Below, piece by piece: positions 41,291-49,789 of a stretch of DNA of 53,556 nucleotides. The notes under the pieces are model-generated. The model searched no databases, had not been told where the DNA came from, and saw only the letters and a list, made by a program, of their open reading frames with translations. Source of the stretch: an uncultured Actinomycetes bacterium (GTDB lineage Bacteria > Actinomycetota > Thermoleophilia > UBA2241); assembly GCA_963755025.1 (NCBI GenBank), contig CAVWIH010000016.1, forward strand, positions 1 to 53,556, read 5' to 3'. The translations under genes were made by a program, and so were the position numbers. Every line of letters starts with the position of its first letter. Within the stretch, counting starts at the first letter, position 1.

Positions 41291-41590
41291 ATGAGCGGCA
41301 CCTGCCAAGTCGAAGGCTGCGACCACGAGACGAAGGGCAACCGGAGGCACTGCGACATGCACCGCAAGCGCCTAAGCGTGCGCGGCGACGTCGGGCCCGT
41401 CGGCTACGTCGCTTGGCCGCGAGGTACGCGGGGCTGCAAGATTCCCGGCTGCCCCGACCCTCACGACTCCCTCGGCCTCTGCTCGGCTCACTATCAGCGC
41501 TACCACGCCAGCAGCTTCTGTTGCCCATGCATCGGCGCCTTCTCTGGCGTGTTCACGCGAGGGCCGCGCCCCGTCGTCGACGATGCCTGA
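41291..41590 (+). CDS. Small protein with two C-x4-C...C-x2-H zinc modules
   Basis: CQVEGC...CDMH and CKIPGC...LCSAHY; no HNH nuclease domain follows. Confidence 0.6.
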   Translation: MSGTCQVEGCDHETKGNRRHCDMHRKRLSVRGDVGPVGYVAWPRGTRGCKIPGCPDPHDSLGLCSAHYQRYHASSFCCPCIGAFSGVFTRGPRPVVDDA

Positions 41591-41698
41591 AGGCGTGCGG
41601 GGCGCCCTGGCCGGCCGCCTCTATCTCGACTCAGGATGTTGCTCGCAATTCCTGCAAACTTCCGGGGCAAACATTCGTCCGAGTCGAAGGAGGGTGAC

Positions 41699-42205
41699 AC
41701 GGCAACGCCCTGGACCACCACTGATCTGAGGCTACTGAAGGCTGAAAGCAGCCTCGGAGCGGTCAAGCTCAGCGAGCTGCTCGGTCGTTCGGTCAGCTCG
41801 GTCGAAGCGGCAGCTCATCGCCAGCGGATCTCGCTTCGTCGCTCTGGCTGCCGTCGCGGCTCAGTTCTCGGCCAGCCCCGCGGCGTCTCGCTGCTGCCCG
41901 CTCTGCGCTCCGACCTCATCGACCCGAAAATCGCCGAGCTGGTGGCGCAGCGCATGAAGGTGAATCAGGACGCGCCTCTATGCCCGCGCTGCGCTGCTCG
42001 CACCATTCGCGTCGAAAGCACGGGTTTGTGCGTCGTCTGCCACCGCCAAGTCCTGGCCGAAGCTCACCGCGAAGTGCTCGCCGAGATCTCTTCGCAACAG
42101 GCGTTGTGGGCGGCTCGCCAGGACCTACAGCGCGCGCGAAGGCGTTTGGGCGTTTCGTACCCCCACGATGAGAGCGGCGAGCCTGTGGCGGAGCCGCCCT
42201 CATGA
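41699..42205 (+). CDS. Myb/SANT-like HTH plus zinc-finger protein (possible late regulator)
   Basis: PWTTTDLRLL...LSELLGRSVSSVEAAAHR; CPRC...CVVC. AGGAGG precedes an in-frame ACG at 41699. Confidence 0.6.
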   Translation, partial: TATPWTTTDLRLLKAESSLGAVKLSELLGRSVSSVEAAAHRQRISLRRSGCRRGSVLGQPRGVSLLPALRSDLIDPKIAELVAQRMKVNQDAPLCPRCAARTIRVESTGLCVVCHRQVLAEAHREVLAEISSQQALWAARQDLQRARRRLGVSYPHDESGEPVAEPPS

Positions 42206-42268
42206 GTTGGGTGACGCCCCTGGCAGACTAGGCCCGGACCTTAAACCGTGAGCCCCGGAGGCCGCGTC

Positions 42269-43534
42269 ATGACTCAGCAAAACGTAGCAATGGCCGCGGC
42301 GCTCCAGAGCCTGCAGTCCGCTCGCATGAACGAGCGGCTCGCGTGGGGTCGACTCACGAAGGCGAAGGCGGAGGCTGAGAGGCGGGGCGCCACCGGCCTC
42401 CGCCCTAGTTCCCCCGAGTTCAAGGCGCTTGACGCCGCCGGCCGTGCTCACGACGCCGCCTACGAAGCGCAGACGGCCGCCGAGAGGACGCTCGCAAGAA
42501 TGTACGAGGCGATCGACGTTGGCTTCGGACCGGGGTCGAGTAGCGGCGCCTGGTCGCCGTCCGGCTGCGTGGCCGAGATCCGGAACTGGGCGACCAAGGC
42601 GAGCGCCGGCAAAAGCAACGGCCTCGGCAGCACGCTCGGCAAAAGCCCGGCCTTTGGCCTGATCCACGCCGACGAGTTCCAGAACGCCGTGGGCACCGCC
42701 GCGAACTACCCCGAGCCCACCTGGCGCGCGCCCGGCTTCGAGCCGGTGGCCGGCCCTCAGCTGAACCTCGTCGACCTCATCACGTGGCTACCCTCGGAGA
42801 CTGAAAACCCGCAGTGGATGGCCGAAAGTCTGCTGACCAACACCGCGACTGAGACGCCTGAAACGCTCGTCGCCCCCGAAGCGGCCGTGAGCTACACGCC
42901 CGAGAATGGCTTCACAAAGAGGCTGCCCGTCACGCTGCCCGCCTCGCGCCAAGCCCTCGACGACGCGCCGGTGCTGCAGGACCTGCTCGACAATCGGCTC
43001 GTGTACGCGCTCAAGGTGCGACTGCAGGGACAGTGCCTTTACGGAAACGGCGACCTCACCGCAAACACCGCGAACATGCGCGGCATCATGAGCACGCCCG
43101 GCGTCCTTTCCGTGGCTGTTCAGACGTCGGGCAGCCCGCTCGACCCCACGGTCGACGCCATTCAGAACGCAATCACCGCGATTCGGCTGGGTACCGGCGG
43201 TTGGTATGAACCCTCTGCGTTGCTCATTCACCCGACCGACGCGCAGGCGCTTGCCGCGCTCAAGAACACGACCGGGAGCTACGTCTTTGAGCCAGGCCAG
43301 CCGCTGACGCCTTTCGGGCTGAAGACCGTCATCACGCCTGCCGTGAACCCGACGCAGCCCATCGTGGGGTGCCCTGAGAGCCTGACCGGCTTCGTTCGCG
43401 GCGACATCTTCGTCGCGCTGTCCGACACGCACCTCGACTTCATGATGAGGCGCCTGATTCAGATTTATTGCGAGGGCCGCTTCGCCCTGGCCGTGCGGCA
43501 GCCCGCCGCGTGGTGTCAGATCACCGGCTTCTGA
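42269..43534 (+). CDS. HK97-fold major capsid protein with N-terminal coiled-coil
   Basis: SRQALDDAPVLQDLL, LYGNG...MRGIM, IHPTD...LKNTTGSYVF, FGLKTVITP, EGRFALAVRQPAAW. Confidence 0.85.
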   Translation: MTQQNVAMAAALQSLQSARMNERLAWGRLTKAKAEAERRGATGLRPSSPEFKALDAAGRAHDAAYEAQTAAERTLARMYEAIDVGFGPGSSSGAWSPSGCVAEIRNWATKASAGKSNGLGSTLGKSPAFGLIHADEFQNAVGTAANYPEPTWRAPGFEPVAGPQLNLVDLITWLPSETENPQWMAESLLTNTATETPETLVAPEAAVSYTPENGFTKRLPVTLPASRQALDDAPVLQDLLDNRLVYALKVRLQGQCLYGNGDLTANTANMRGIMSTPGVLSVAVQTSGSPLDPTVDAIQNAITAIRLGTGGWYEPSALLIHPTDAQALAALKNTTGSYVFEPGQPLTPFGLKTVITPAVNPTQPIVGCPESLTGFVRGDIFVALSDTHLDFMMRRLIQIYCEGRFALAVRQPAAWCQITGF

Positions 43535-43596
43535 GCTGAGACCGGAAGCGCTGGGGCGATGAACCTCGCGATCAGTCGAGGGGTGGTGGTGTAGCC

Positions 43597-46467
43597 GTGA
43601 CTGTCACGATCAATGTCGTCTCGCGCCTCGACGACTACGCGCTGAAGCGCGCGCAGGCCGAGATGCTCGGCCTCGGCAAGGCTGCGATCCGCTCCGACTC
43701 GAGCATGGCGGGAGCTTTCCTGCGCACCGGCGCGACCCTCAGTGCGCTGAGCACCAAGCTCAAAGCCGTCGGCACCGGCATGTCGATGTACGTCACCCTT
43801 CCCCTGGCCGCCATCGGCTACGAGTCCGTGAAGTCGGCCATGAAGTTCCAGTCGAGCATGGCGCTCATCAAGACGCAGGCCGGCGGTACCGCGGGCGACG
43901 TCAAGGTGCTCTCTGCGGCCATCCTTGGCATGAAGGACGTGCAGTACGGCCCCAACGAGCTCGCGGCCGCCATGTACCACCTGAAGAGTGTGGGCATGGA
44001 CAACAAGAATGCCATGGTGGGGCTGCGCGTCGCCACCGAGGGCGCGGCCGTCGGGCAAGCCGACCTCGAGCAGACCACGAGCGTCCTGGCGGCCGCCTGG
44101 AAGAGCGGCGTCAAGGGCGCCGGCACCTTCAAGGACGCCATGGCCGAGACCAACGCCATCGTGGGCGCCGGCAACATGCGCATGAACGACCTCGTGAGCG
44201 CCCTCTCGACCGGCATCCTCGGGTCCGCCAAGATCTTCGGCGTCTCCATGCAGAGCGTGGGCTCGGCGCTCGACGTGATGGCCGACCGCGGCCTGCCGGC
44301 GACGCGCGCCGCCACCGGCCTGCGCATGGCCATCTCGATGATGGGCTCGCCTTCGAAGGCGGCCGCCACGATGCTCAACTCGCTGGGCATCAAGACGCTC
44401 GAGCTGGGCACCGACATGCGCCGCCCCGACGGCCTGCTCGTGGCCATGCAGGACCTGCACGACCACCTGGCTGGCCTCAGCCAGGAGCAGCAGGCTTTCG
44501 ACCTCTCCAAGATCTTCGGCGGCGGCCGCACGAGCTCGGCGGCCATGATGCTGATCGGCAACCTCGACGCGCTGGCGACCAAGTACAAGCAGGTCGGCAA
44601 GACGGCCGGCGACTTCACGAGCGAGGTCGCCACGCAGGCCAAGACCGTGTCCGCGCAGTGGGCCGAGTCGAAGGCATCGCTTGAGTCGAGCGCCATCCTG
44701 ATCGGCAACGACCTCATGCCGCTCGTGCTCGAGGGCGCGCACGCCATCGACCGGCTGGCCGAAGCCTTCCAGGGGATGTCGCCGAGTACGCGCAGGTTCG
44801 TGGTCGACTGCGGGCTTGTCGCGGCTGCCGTGGGCCCCGTGGCCTACGTGCTTGCCGGCCTTACAAAGATCGCGGCGTCCGCTTCGACCGGCATCGGCAT
44901 GCTCATGCTGAAGCTCAATTCAGGCAGCAGTGTGGGCGCGGGCGCTACGGGCCTGGGCGGCACTCTCAACAAGATCCTCGGCCGCGGCGGCGCAGGCGCA
45001 GGCAGCACCGCCGGTATGGTCGCCACCGACGGCGGCGCGGCTTCAGCCGGCGTGCCGGTCGTGCTGGTAGGCGCCGCGGCAGCCGCTTCGGCGGCGCTGA
45101 CCGGCGGCCTCATCTACGAGCTGGCCACCTACCGGGAGAAGCGCAACGCGCCGAGCGGCGCGACGCTCAACCCGAAGGGCGTGCAGGGCGGCGCGGGCGC
45201 TCACCTTACTCACTCGGGTGCGAGCGTGGCCGGCATGTACACCCCCGCCGACGCCATCGAGAACCTCTCTCTGATCATCCCCGCGCAGACGCGCTCCGGT
45301 GTAGAGAACTACATGGAGCTGCTCAACAACCTGCACAAGCTCGAAACGCAGCCTGAGGCGCTCGGCCCCGTGCAGGCCACCCACACCGCGCGGCAGCTCG
45401 TCAACATCCGCGCCAACATCATCTCCAGCCTGCACATTACGGCGGCCCAGGCAAACGCTGTGATGAACAGCATCTTCGGCAAGCAGTGGGACCCGGCCAA
45501 GGACATGCAGCCTTCCTTCATGGCCGCCGAGAACGCCCTGCAGGCCGAGATCACCAAGTGGAAGAAGCTCGGCCTCAGTCTGACCGGCGGCCTGGCGGCC
45601 GGCGTCGTGGCGGGCAACGACTACGCGGTCAAGACCGTCGAGGCGCTCGCCAGCGGCCCGCACGGCATGACCACGCAGTTCGCCGAGCAGGTGCAGTCGC
45701 ACTCGCCCAGCCGCGTGTTCTACCAGTTCGGCCAGTACATCACGGAAGGCCTGGCCAACGGCATCACGGAGAGCGCCTCCGGGCCGCTGTCGGCGATCGC
45801 CAAGCTCGGCAAGGAGGTAGCCGCGGCGCTGGGCGCCATCACGTCAGCGACCGACAGTGCGCTGGGCGGCATCGGCTCGGCTGTCGCGGGCGCGGCCGGC
45901 GGCGGCGGGAAGTCGGGCGGCGGCAGCGTCGGCTCGGGCAAGAACGTGGCGACGGGCAAGAAGCTCGCCGCCAAGTACGGATGGAACACCGGCCAGCAGT
46001 GGGCCGACCTCGACATGCTCTGGGAGCGCGAGTCGGGCTGGAACAACACAGCGCAGAACCCGACCTCGACGGCCTACGGCATTGCGCAGTTCCTCGACTC
46101 GACGTGGAGCGGCTACACCTACGCCAAGACGAGCGACCCCACCAAGCAGATCGTCGACGGCCTCGAGTACATCAAGCGCCGCTACGGCACGCCCGCCGAG
46201 GCCTGGGCGCACGAGACGCGCATCGGCTGGTACGACCAGGGCGGCGTGCTGCCGCCCGGCCTCTCGCTGGCCTACAACGGCACCGGGCACGACGAGATAC
46301 ACACGAGCGGGCCGGGCCGGGGTCCGACCGTCATCAACAACTACGAGATCAACCCGCCGCCCGGCCTCATGGTCGGCGACTACGAAGACTTCGCGCAGGC
46401 GCTGTGGCCGTGGATCGAGCGCATGATGGCGCACTCTGAGTCAAGGCACAGGGGGGTGCTCGGATGA
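43597..46467 (+). CDS. Tail tape-measure-like protein with C-terminal lytic transglycosylase (SLT) domain
   Basis: TP901-like core (VGTGMSMYVTLPL, KFQSSM, AATGLRMAI, KIFG), HSPSRVF, LWERESGWN...STAYGIAQFL, WYDQGG. Confidence 0.88.
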   Translation: MTVTINVVSRLDDYALKRAQAEMLGLGKAAIRSDSSMAGAFLRTGATLSALSTKLKAVGTGMSMYVTLPLAAIGYESVKSAMKFQSSMALIKTQAGGTAGDVKVLSAAILGMKDVQYGPNELAAAMYHLKSVGMDNKNAMVGLRVATEGAAVGQADLEQTTSVLAAAWKSGVKGAGTFKDAMAETNAIVGAGNMRMNDLVSALSTGILGSAKIFGVSMQSVGSALDVMADRGLPATRAATGLRMAISMMGSPSKAAATMLNSLGIKTLELGTDMRRPDGLLVAMQDLHDHLAGLSQEQQAFDLSKIFGGGRTSSAAMMLIGNLDALATKYKQVGKTAGDFTSEVATQAKTVSAQWAESKASLESSAILIGNDLMPLVLEGAHAIDRLAEAFQGMSPSTRRFVVDCGLVAAAVGPVAYVLAGLTKIAASASTGIGMLMLKLNSGSSVGAGATGLGGTLNKILGRGGAGAGSTAGMVATDGGAASAGVPVVLVGAAAAASAALTGGLIYELATYREKRNAPSGATLNPKGVQGGAGAHLTHSGASVAGMYTPADAIENLSLIIPAQTRSGVENYMELLNNLHKLETQPEALGPVQATHTARQLVNIRANIISSLHITAAQANAVMNSIFGKQWDPAKDMQPSFMAAENALQAEITKWKKLGLSLTGGLAAGVVAGNDYAVKTVEALASGPHGMTTQFAEQVQSHSPSRVFYQFGQYITEGLANGITESASGPLSAIAKLGKEVAAALGAITSATDSALGGIGSAVAGAAGGGGKSGGGSVGSGKNVATGKKLAAKYGWNTGQQWADLDMLWERESGWNNTAQNPTSTAYGIAQFLDSTWSGYTYAKTSDPTKQIVDGLEYIKRRYGTPAEAWAHETRIGWYDQGGVLPPGLSLAYNGTGHDEIHTSGPGRGPTVINNYEINPPPGLMVGDYEDFAQALWPWIERMMAHSESRHRGVLG

Positions 46468-46781
46468 CCGACCACGCGAAGCAGAGCATCGTCGACGAGC
46501 TGATCGCCGGCTTAGGCGGCTGTGAGGAACTGCGGAACCCGGGAAGTCTCGCCGCAGTGGCGCAGCATTGTCGCGACGGCATCGTAAGCTTCGCCGAGAA
46601 CGAAGATCGCGTACGCCGAGGAGAAGACGCCATCCCCCCGTCGCCAGGGCCGCGGATCGCTCTTACCCTTCTGCTCTGCTGGCTAGCCGACCAGTACGAC
46701 AGAGACGAGCTCGACGGCGAGCTGGTGCACCTGTTCGCTGACCTACTCAATCGCCGGTACCCGCCGCTGCGGTCGGTCTGA
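46464..46781 (+). CDS. Hypothetical protein
   Basis: ATGA overlap with the tape-measure stop codon. Confidence 0.55.
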   Translation: MTDHAKQSIVDELIAGLGGCEELRNPGSLAAVAQHCRDGIVSFAENEDRVRRGEDAIPPSPGPRIALTLLLCWLADQYDRDELDGELVHLFADLLNRRYPPLRSV

Positions 46782-46786
46782 GCCCC

Positions 46787-46981
46787 ATGGCCGACGCGGC
46801 AGTCGCCAGGGAGCTTGCGCCCTTCTCTGACCCGTCAGGGCGCGTAGAGCGCGGCGTGCGACGGCACTCTCGCGAGCTGCAGCGGCTCGCCGACGAAGTT
46901 CGCGCGCTCTGCTCTGAAGTCTCGCGGGAGAAGCTGAGCGATTCGGACCACGAGTGTCCCCTCGGGCCTAGTGGCTCGTGA
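46787..46981 (+). CDS. Small hypothetical protein
   Basis: Directly follows the previous ORF. Confidence 0.4.
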   Translation: MADAAVARELAPFSDPSGRVERGVRRHSRELQRLADEVRALCSEVSREKLSDSDHECPLGPSGS

Positions 46982-47126
46982 GCACCACGTAGATGATGAA
47001 GACACAGATGGCGCAGACCGGGATGAGCATGAGCAGGCAGCCGAGGCTGGCCAGCCCGCTGCCGATGACCCCGAGGATCGCGCCGAAGGTGGCGAACCCG
47101 CTGCCCGGCTGTTTGTCTTCTGCCAT
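46968..47126 (-). CDS. Small membrane protein
   Basis: MAEDKQPGSGF followed by ~38 hydrophobic residues; RBS GGGGGAG. Confidence 0.55.
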   Translation of the reverse strand: MAEDKQPGSGFATFGAILGVIGSGLASLGCLLMLIPVCAICVFIIYVVLTSH

Positions 47127-47231
47127 CACTCCCCCTGCGTCGTATCCGTGACGCTTGGCCGCCACGTGGCCGCGCAGTCACCCTAGTACCAGACTACGAC
47201 CATAGGGGCTGCCGGTACAGTGGCCGTCTCG

Positions 47232-47785
47232 CAAACGCGGAAGGCCCCGCGCCTTGTCGGCGTCGGGGCCCTCGCGGCGACTGCAGCCACCTTCACAGAG
47301 TAGCACCGGCGTCGGTCGGAAGCGCCGGCGGGCAGCGCCGCAGGAATACTGCCAGGCTGTCGCTGTCCTAAAGAGAGAAGGGCGGGAGGGCGCCGCGGCT
47401 GTGCAGGCGGGCGCCCTCCCGGGATTCACCGGCGGAAGAGAGGGTCCAGCCGGCGCCAAGAGTCTACACCCCTGCCCGCGGGTGCACTGTCGATTGTTCA
47501 TGTGTTAGTCAGGGCAGGCGACGCCAGCAAGGTGTCGGCAGGGGCGGAGAGGGCGCCCGGAAACGACCTAAGCGCCCCCTCGGAGGCCGCCGGCCGCAGG
47601 AGGTGCCAATCGACCGGCACCGTAAGTGTACCCACGGCACGACGGTCGGTAGCCGGAACGACAGCTGCTCCGGCGCGTCGCCTTGTGGCGCGGCGAGAGG
47701 GCGCCGGGGATCCAGGGCCCGACGCCCTCTCTGGGAATCGCGCCAGCGACCGGGGGGTACCGGGCTCGCTGGCGTCGAGAGTCTA
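47232..47785 (-). ncRNA. Tandem array of 3-4 predicted small RNAs (-10 box, 5' hairpin, 3' GC hairpin)
   Basis: Minus-strand -10 boxes at 47297, 47461, 47625 and 47780 (spacing 164/164/155). Repeated GAGGGCG.../...CGCCCTC stems. Plus-strand A.C mismatches become G.U pairs on the minus strand. Confidence 0.6.
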
Positions 47786-47868
47786 CAGCAGTCCCGATTC
47801 CTTGACCCCGTTCGAGTCGAAGAATGCGAGCCGGGTTGCTCGCTTGACCGCCGTCGACTACGATTTTG

Positions 47869-47928
47869 CGCGGACCCCCCACAAGGTCTCGGCCCCCGTC
47901 TTCCCGTGAGACGGGGGCCGTTATTGTT
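47869..47928 (+). ncRNA. Predicted ~60-nt small RNA convergent with the nuclease-like gene
   Basis: TTGCTC-17 bp-TACGAT promoter (47836-47864), GGACCCCCCACAAGGTC, then a 12-bp terminator stem plus TTATTGTT. Confidence 0.55.
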
Positions 47929-48006
47929 GGGGCCGGCTCAGACGGCAGCCGGCCCGCCGCTCCGATCGGGAACGACGGGCCGGTGCGTCTGCGGCGACTG
48001 AAGGGC

Positions 48007-48594
48007 TCAGGCGGACGCGCGCAGCCCTGCGAGGCCGTTGTCGGCCGCCAGGGGCCCCGCGGCCTTCGGCAGCTCCCACATCGGCAGAAGATCGCCGCCG
48101 GCCGCCTTTCGCATCGCCCTGAGGGAGCTCTGCTCACCGAGCGGGTAGGCGGTGCCAAGGAACACGTGCTCTGGACCTTCGCGCAGTATAGCCGCGAAGC
48201 TGAAGTCGACCGGTGCAACCATCAAGCGCGTGCCCGTGCGGCGCCCCTTTCCCTTCTTGTGGCCGTAGTGGCGTTTCTCGCGCCATGAGACCGCCCGCGG
48301 GTCGCCAACGGCGAGGCGCTCGAGGATGTCCCAGACGAGGCCCATGAGAGCGCATCGGCGGGGGTCAAGCCAACGCTCCTGGGATCCCCGGTGGGCCCCT
48401 GTAGCGACGTGCCAGAAGAGCTTGTCGATGTCCCCAGCGGGCAGGACGGGCCGGCCCTGAAGTTCGATGTGACCGTCGACGGCTTGCTCGAGCTGCCAGC
48501 GGCAGCGCTGGACCCACTCCTGCACGCTCCCGTCGAAGCTGGCGATTGAGAACGGCTCGGGTAGCCTGAGCTCGCCGGCATCTTCGACCATCAC
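48007..48594 (-). CDS. Putative barnase/EndoU/RelE-like (PBECR-type) nuclease
   Basis: FWHV...ERWLDPRRC...W...R...AILRE...FLGTAYP pattern, recognised from memory only. Confidence 0.5.
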   Translation of the reverse strand: MMVEDAGELRLPEPFSIASFDGSVQEWVQRCRWQLEQAVDGHIELQGRPVLPAGDIDKLFWHVATGAHRGSQERWLDPRRCALMGLVWDILERLAVGDPRAVSWREKRHYGHKKGKGRRTGTRLMVAPVDFSFAAILREGPEHVFLGTAYPLGEQSSLRAMRKAAGGDLLPMWELPKAAGPLAADNGLAGLRASA

Positions 48595-48956
48595 GCCGCC
48601 CCGGCGACGGCGCGCAGGTCCTCGAGCACGAGGCGCTCGCGTTCGCTCAGCTGCCAGCCGAGGGCCTCGACGATGCGCTCGAGCGTCTGCACCGTGACGC
48701 GCAGCCGGGCACGCGAGCCCATGCGCGGCCAGGGGCGCGGCATGAGCTCGGCCTTCAGGGCTTCGGCGCGATCGCGCTGTGCGGTCGTGTTGGGGTCGAT
48801 GAGGACGACGGCCTGGCGCCTGCCGCGCAGGATCGCCGACCCGAGCTCGAGGTGCCCTTCGCCTTCATCGGCGCGCCGCGGGTCGTCTTTCGGCCAGCTG
48901 CAGATCCCCACGAGCAGGCGGCTCGTGGTCAGTTCCATGGTCTCGTGGTCGCTCAT
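48591..48956 (-). CDS. Hypothetical protein
   Basis: MSDHETMELTT... with a G-rich RBS; stop overlaps the next start. Confidence 0.55.
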   Translation of the reverse strand: MSDHETMELTTSRLLVGICSWPKDDPRRADEGEGHLELGSAILRGRRQAVVLIDPNTTAQRDRAEALKAELMPRPWPRMGSRARLRVTVQTLERIVEALGWQLSERERLVLEDLRAVAGAA

Positions 48957-49000
48957 TGATTCCCCCCGGGAATCGAGTTTCGACAGGATGCGACGCTGCG

Positions 49001-49318
49001 CTATTTGGCGTCGTCGGGCTCCGCGTCGCGCCAGGGCGCCGGCGGGGTGCTGTCCCCGGTGAGGCCCTCCGCTGCCGGCGGCTTGGCCGTCTGGCGCTGC
49101 AGGAAGTTGTTGACCTCTTCGCGCCAGACCAGGATGCGCGACTTCGAGTAGTCGACCCGGTGCAGCCGGCCCGTGGCGATCAGGGCGCGCACCGTGGGCG
49201 CGCTGACCCGCAGGGCGCGGCAAAGATCGTCGGTGTCGAGCACGAGCGGCAGGCGGTAGAGCGGGCGCTCTATGTCGCGGCTCGCGGCCGACTGCTTTGG
49301 GTGGCGTGGCTCAGGCAT
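49001..49318 (-). CDS. Excisionase-like HTH protein
   Basis: LDTDDLCRALRVSAPTVRALIATGRL...RILVWREEV; lies next to attR. Confidence 0.75.
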   Translation of the reverse strand: MPEPRHPKQSAASRDIERPLYRLPLVLDTDDLCRALRVSAPTVRALIATGRLHRVDYSKSRILVWREEVNNFLQRQTAKPPAAEGLTGDSTPPAPWRDAEPDDAK

Positions 49319-49413
49319 GTTTTTCCCTTCGGTCGAACGGCGTGGCGCTGACGCGATAGGGAGCGGGGAGGGGGCCTCGTAGTGGCGCAGGAGTGCCCTG
49401 GCGCCCTCTCGCG

Positions 49414-49433
49414 TGTGAACTTCTTGTGAACAC
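49414..49433 (+). repeat. Putative integrase arm-type sites (right)
   Basis: TGTGAAC-TT-CTTGTGAACAC. Confidence 0.65.
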
Positions 49434-49571
49434 TTGCGCGAAAACCGAGGTGTAACGGGGTGTCACTGGCGATAGTCTGGGGACCGATGACCGCCGAGAA
49501 AGCGCACGATTTGCGGCGCTTTTGCTGACTGGACTGTGCCGGGCCGTCATAGCGTGTAACGGCCGGGCCGT

Positions 49572-49620
49572 GAATCATAATCCGCGTGTCGTAGGTTCGA
49601 GTCCTACCGCCGCTACCAAA
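49572..49620 (+). repeat. attR core (duplicated tRNA-Met 3' half)
   Basis: Identical to 34317-34365. Confidence 0.93.
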
Positions 49621-49789
49621 AACCTCCGCCGACCCCAGGCCAGCCGCAAGACGATCAGCTCGAAAATCGTCGCGCAGGGCGCCGGAGAAGCCAGAGACGG
49701 CATCGCGCACGCCACCGAGTGCCCGCAAGGTCCTCAAGGCCTGCGCCCGTGCCGGCTCCGCCTGCACGGGCCGAGGAGCGCCAGCCGCG

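Larger units (their letters stand above)
34317..49620. mobile_element. 15.3-kb integrated phage-satellite-like element in tRNA-Met
   Basis: Identical 49-bp direct repeats at 34317-34365 and 49572-49620 enclose an integrase, a replication module, capsid and tape-measure genes. Confidence 0.92.

Noticed and set aside
47232-47785. CRISPR or TIGR-type array
   Set aside because: No identical short repeats with uniform spacers and no cas gene; the units are ~160 bp and conserved mainly in structure.
49572-49620. Second tRNA-Met gene
   Set aside because: Only the 3' half is present; it is attR.
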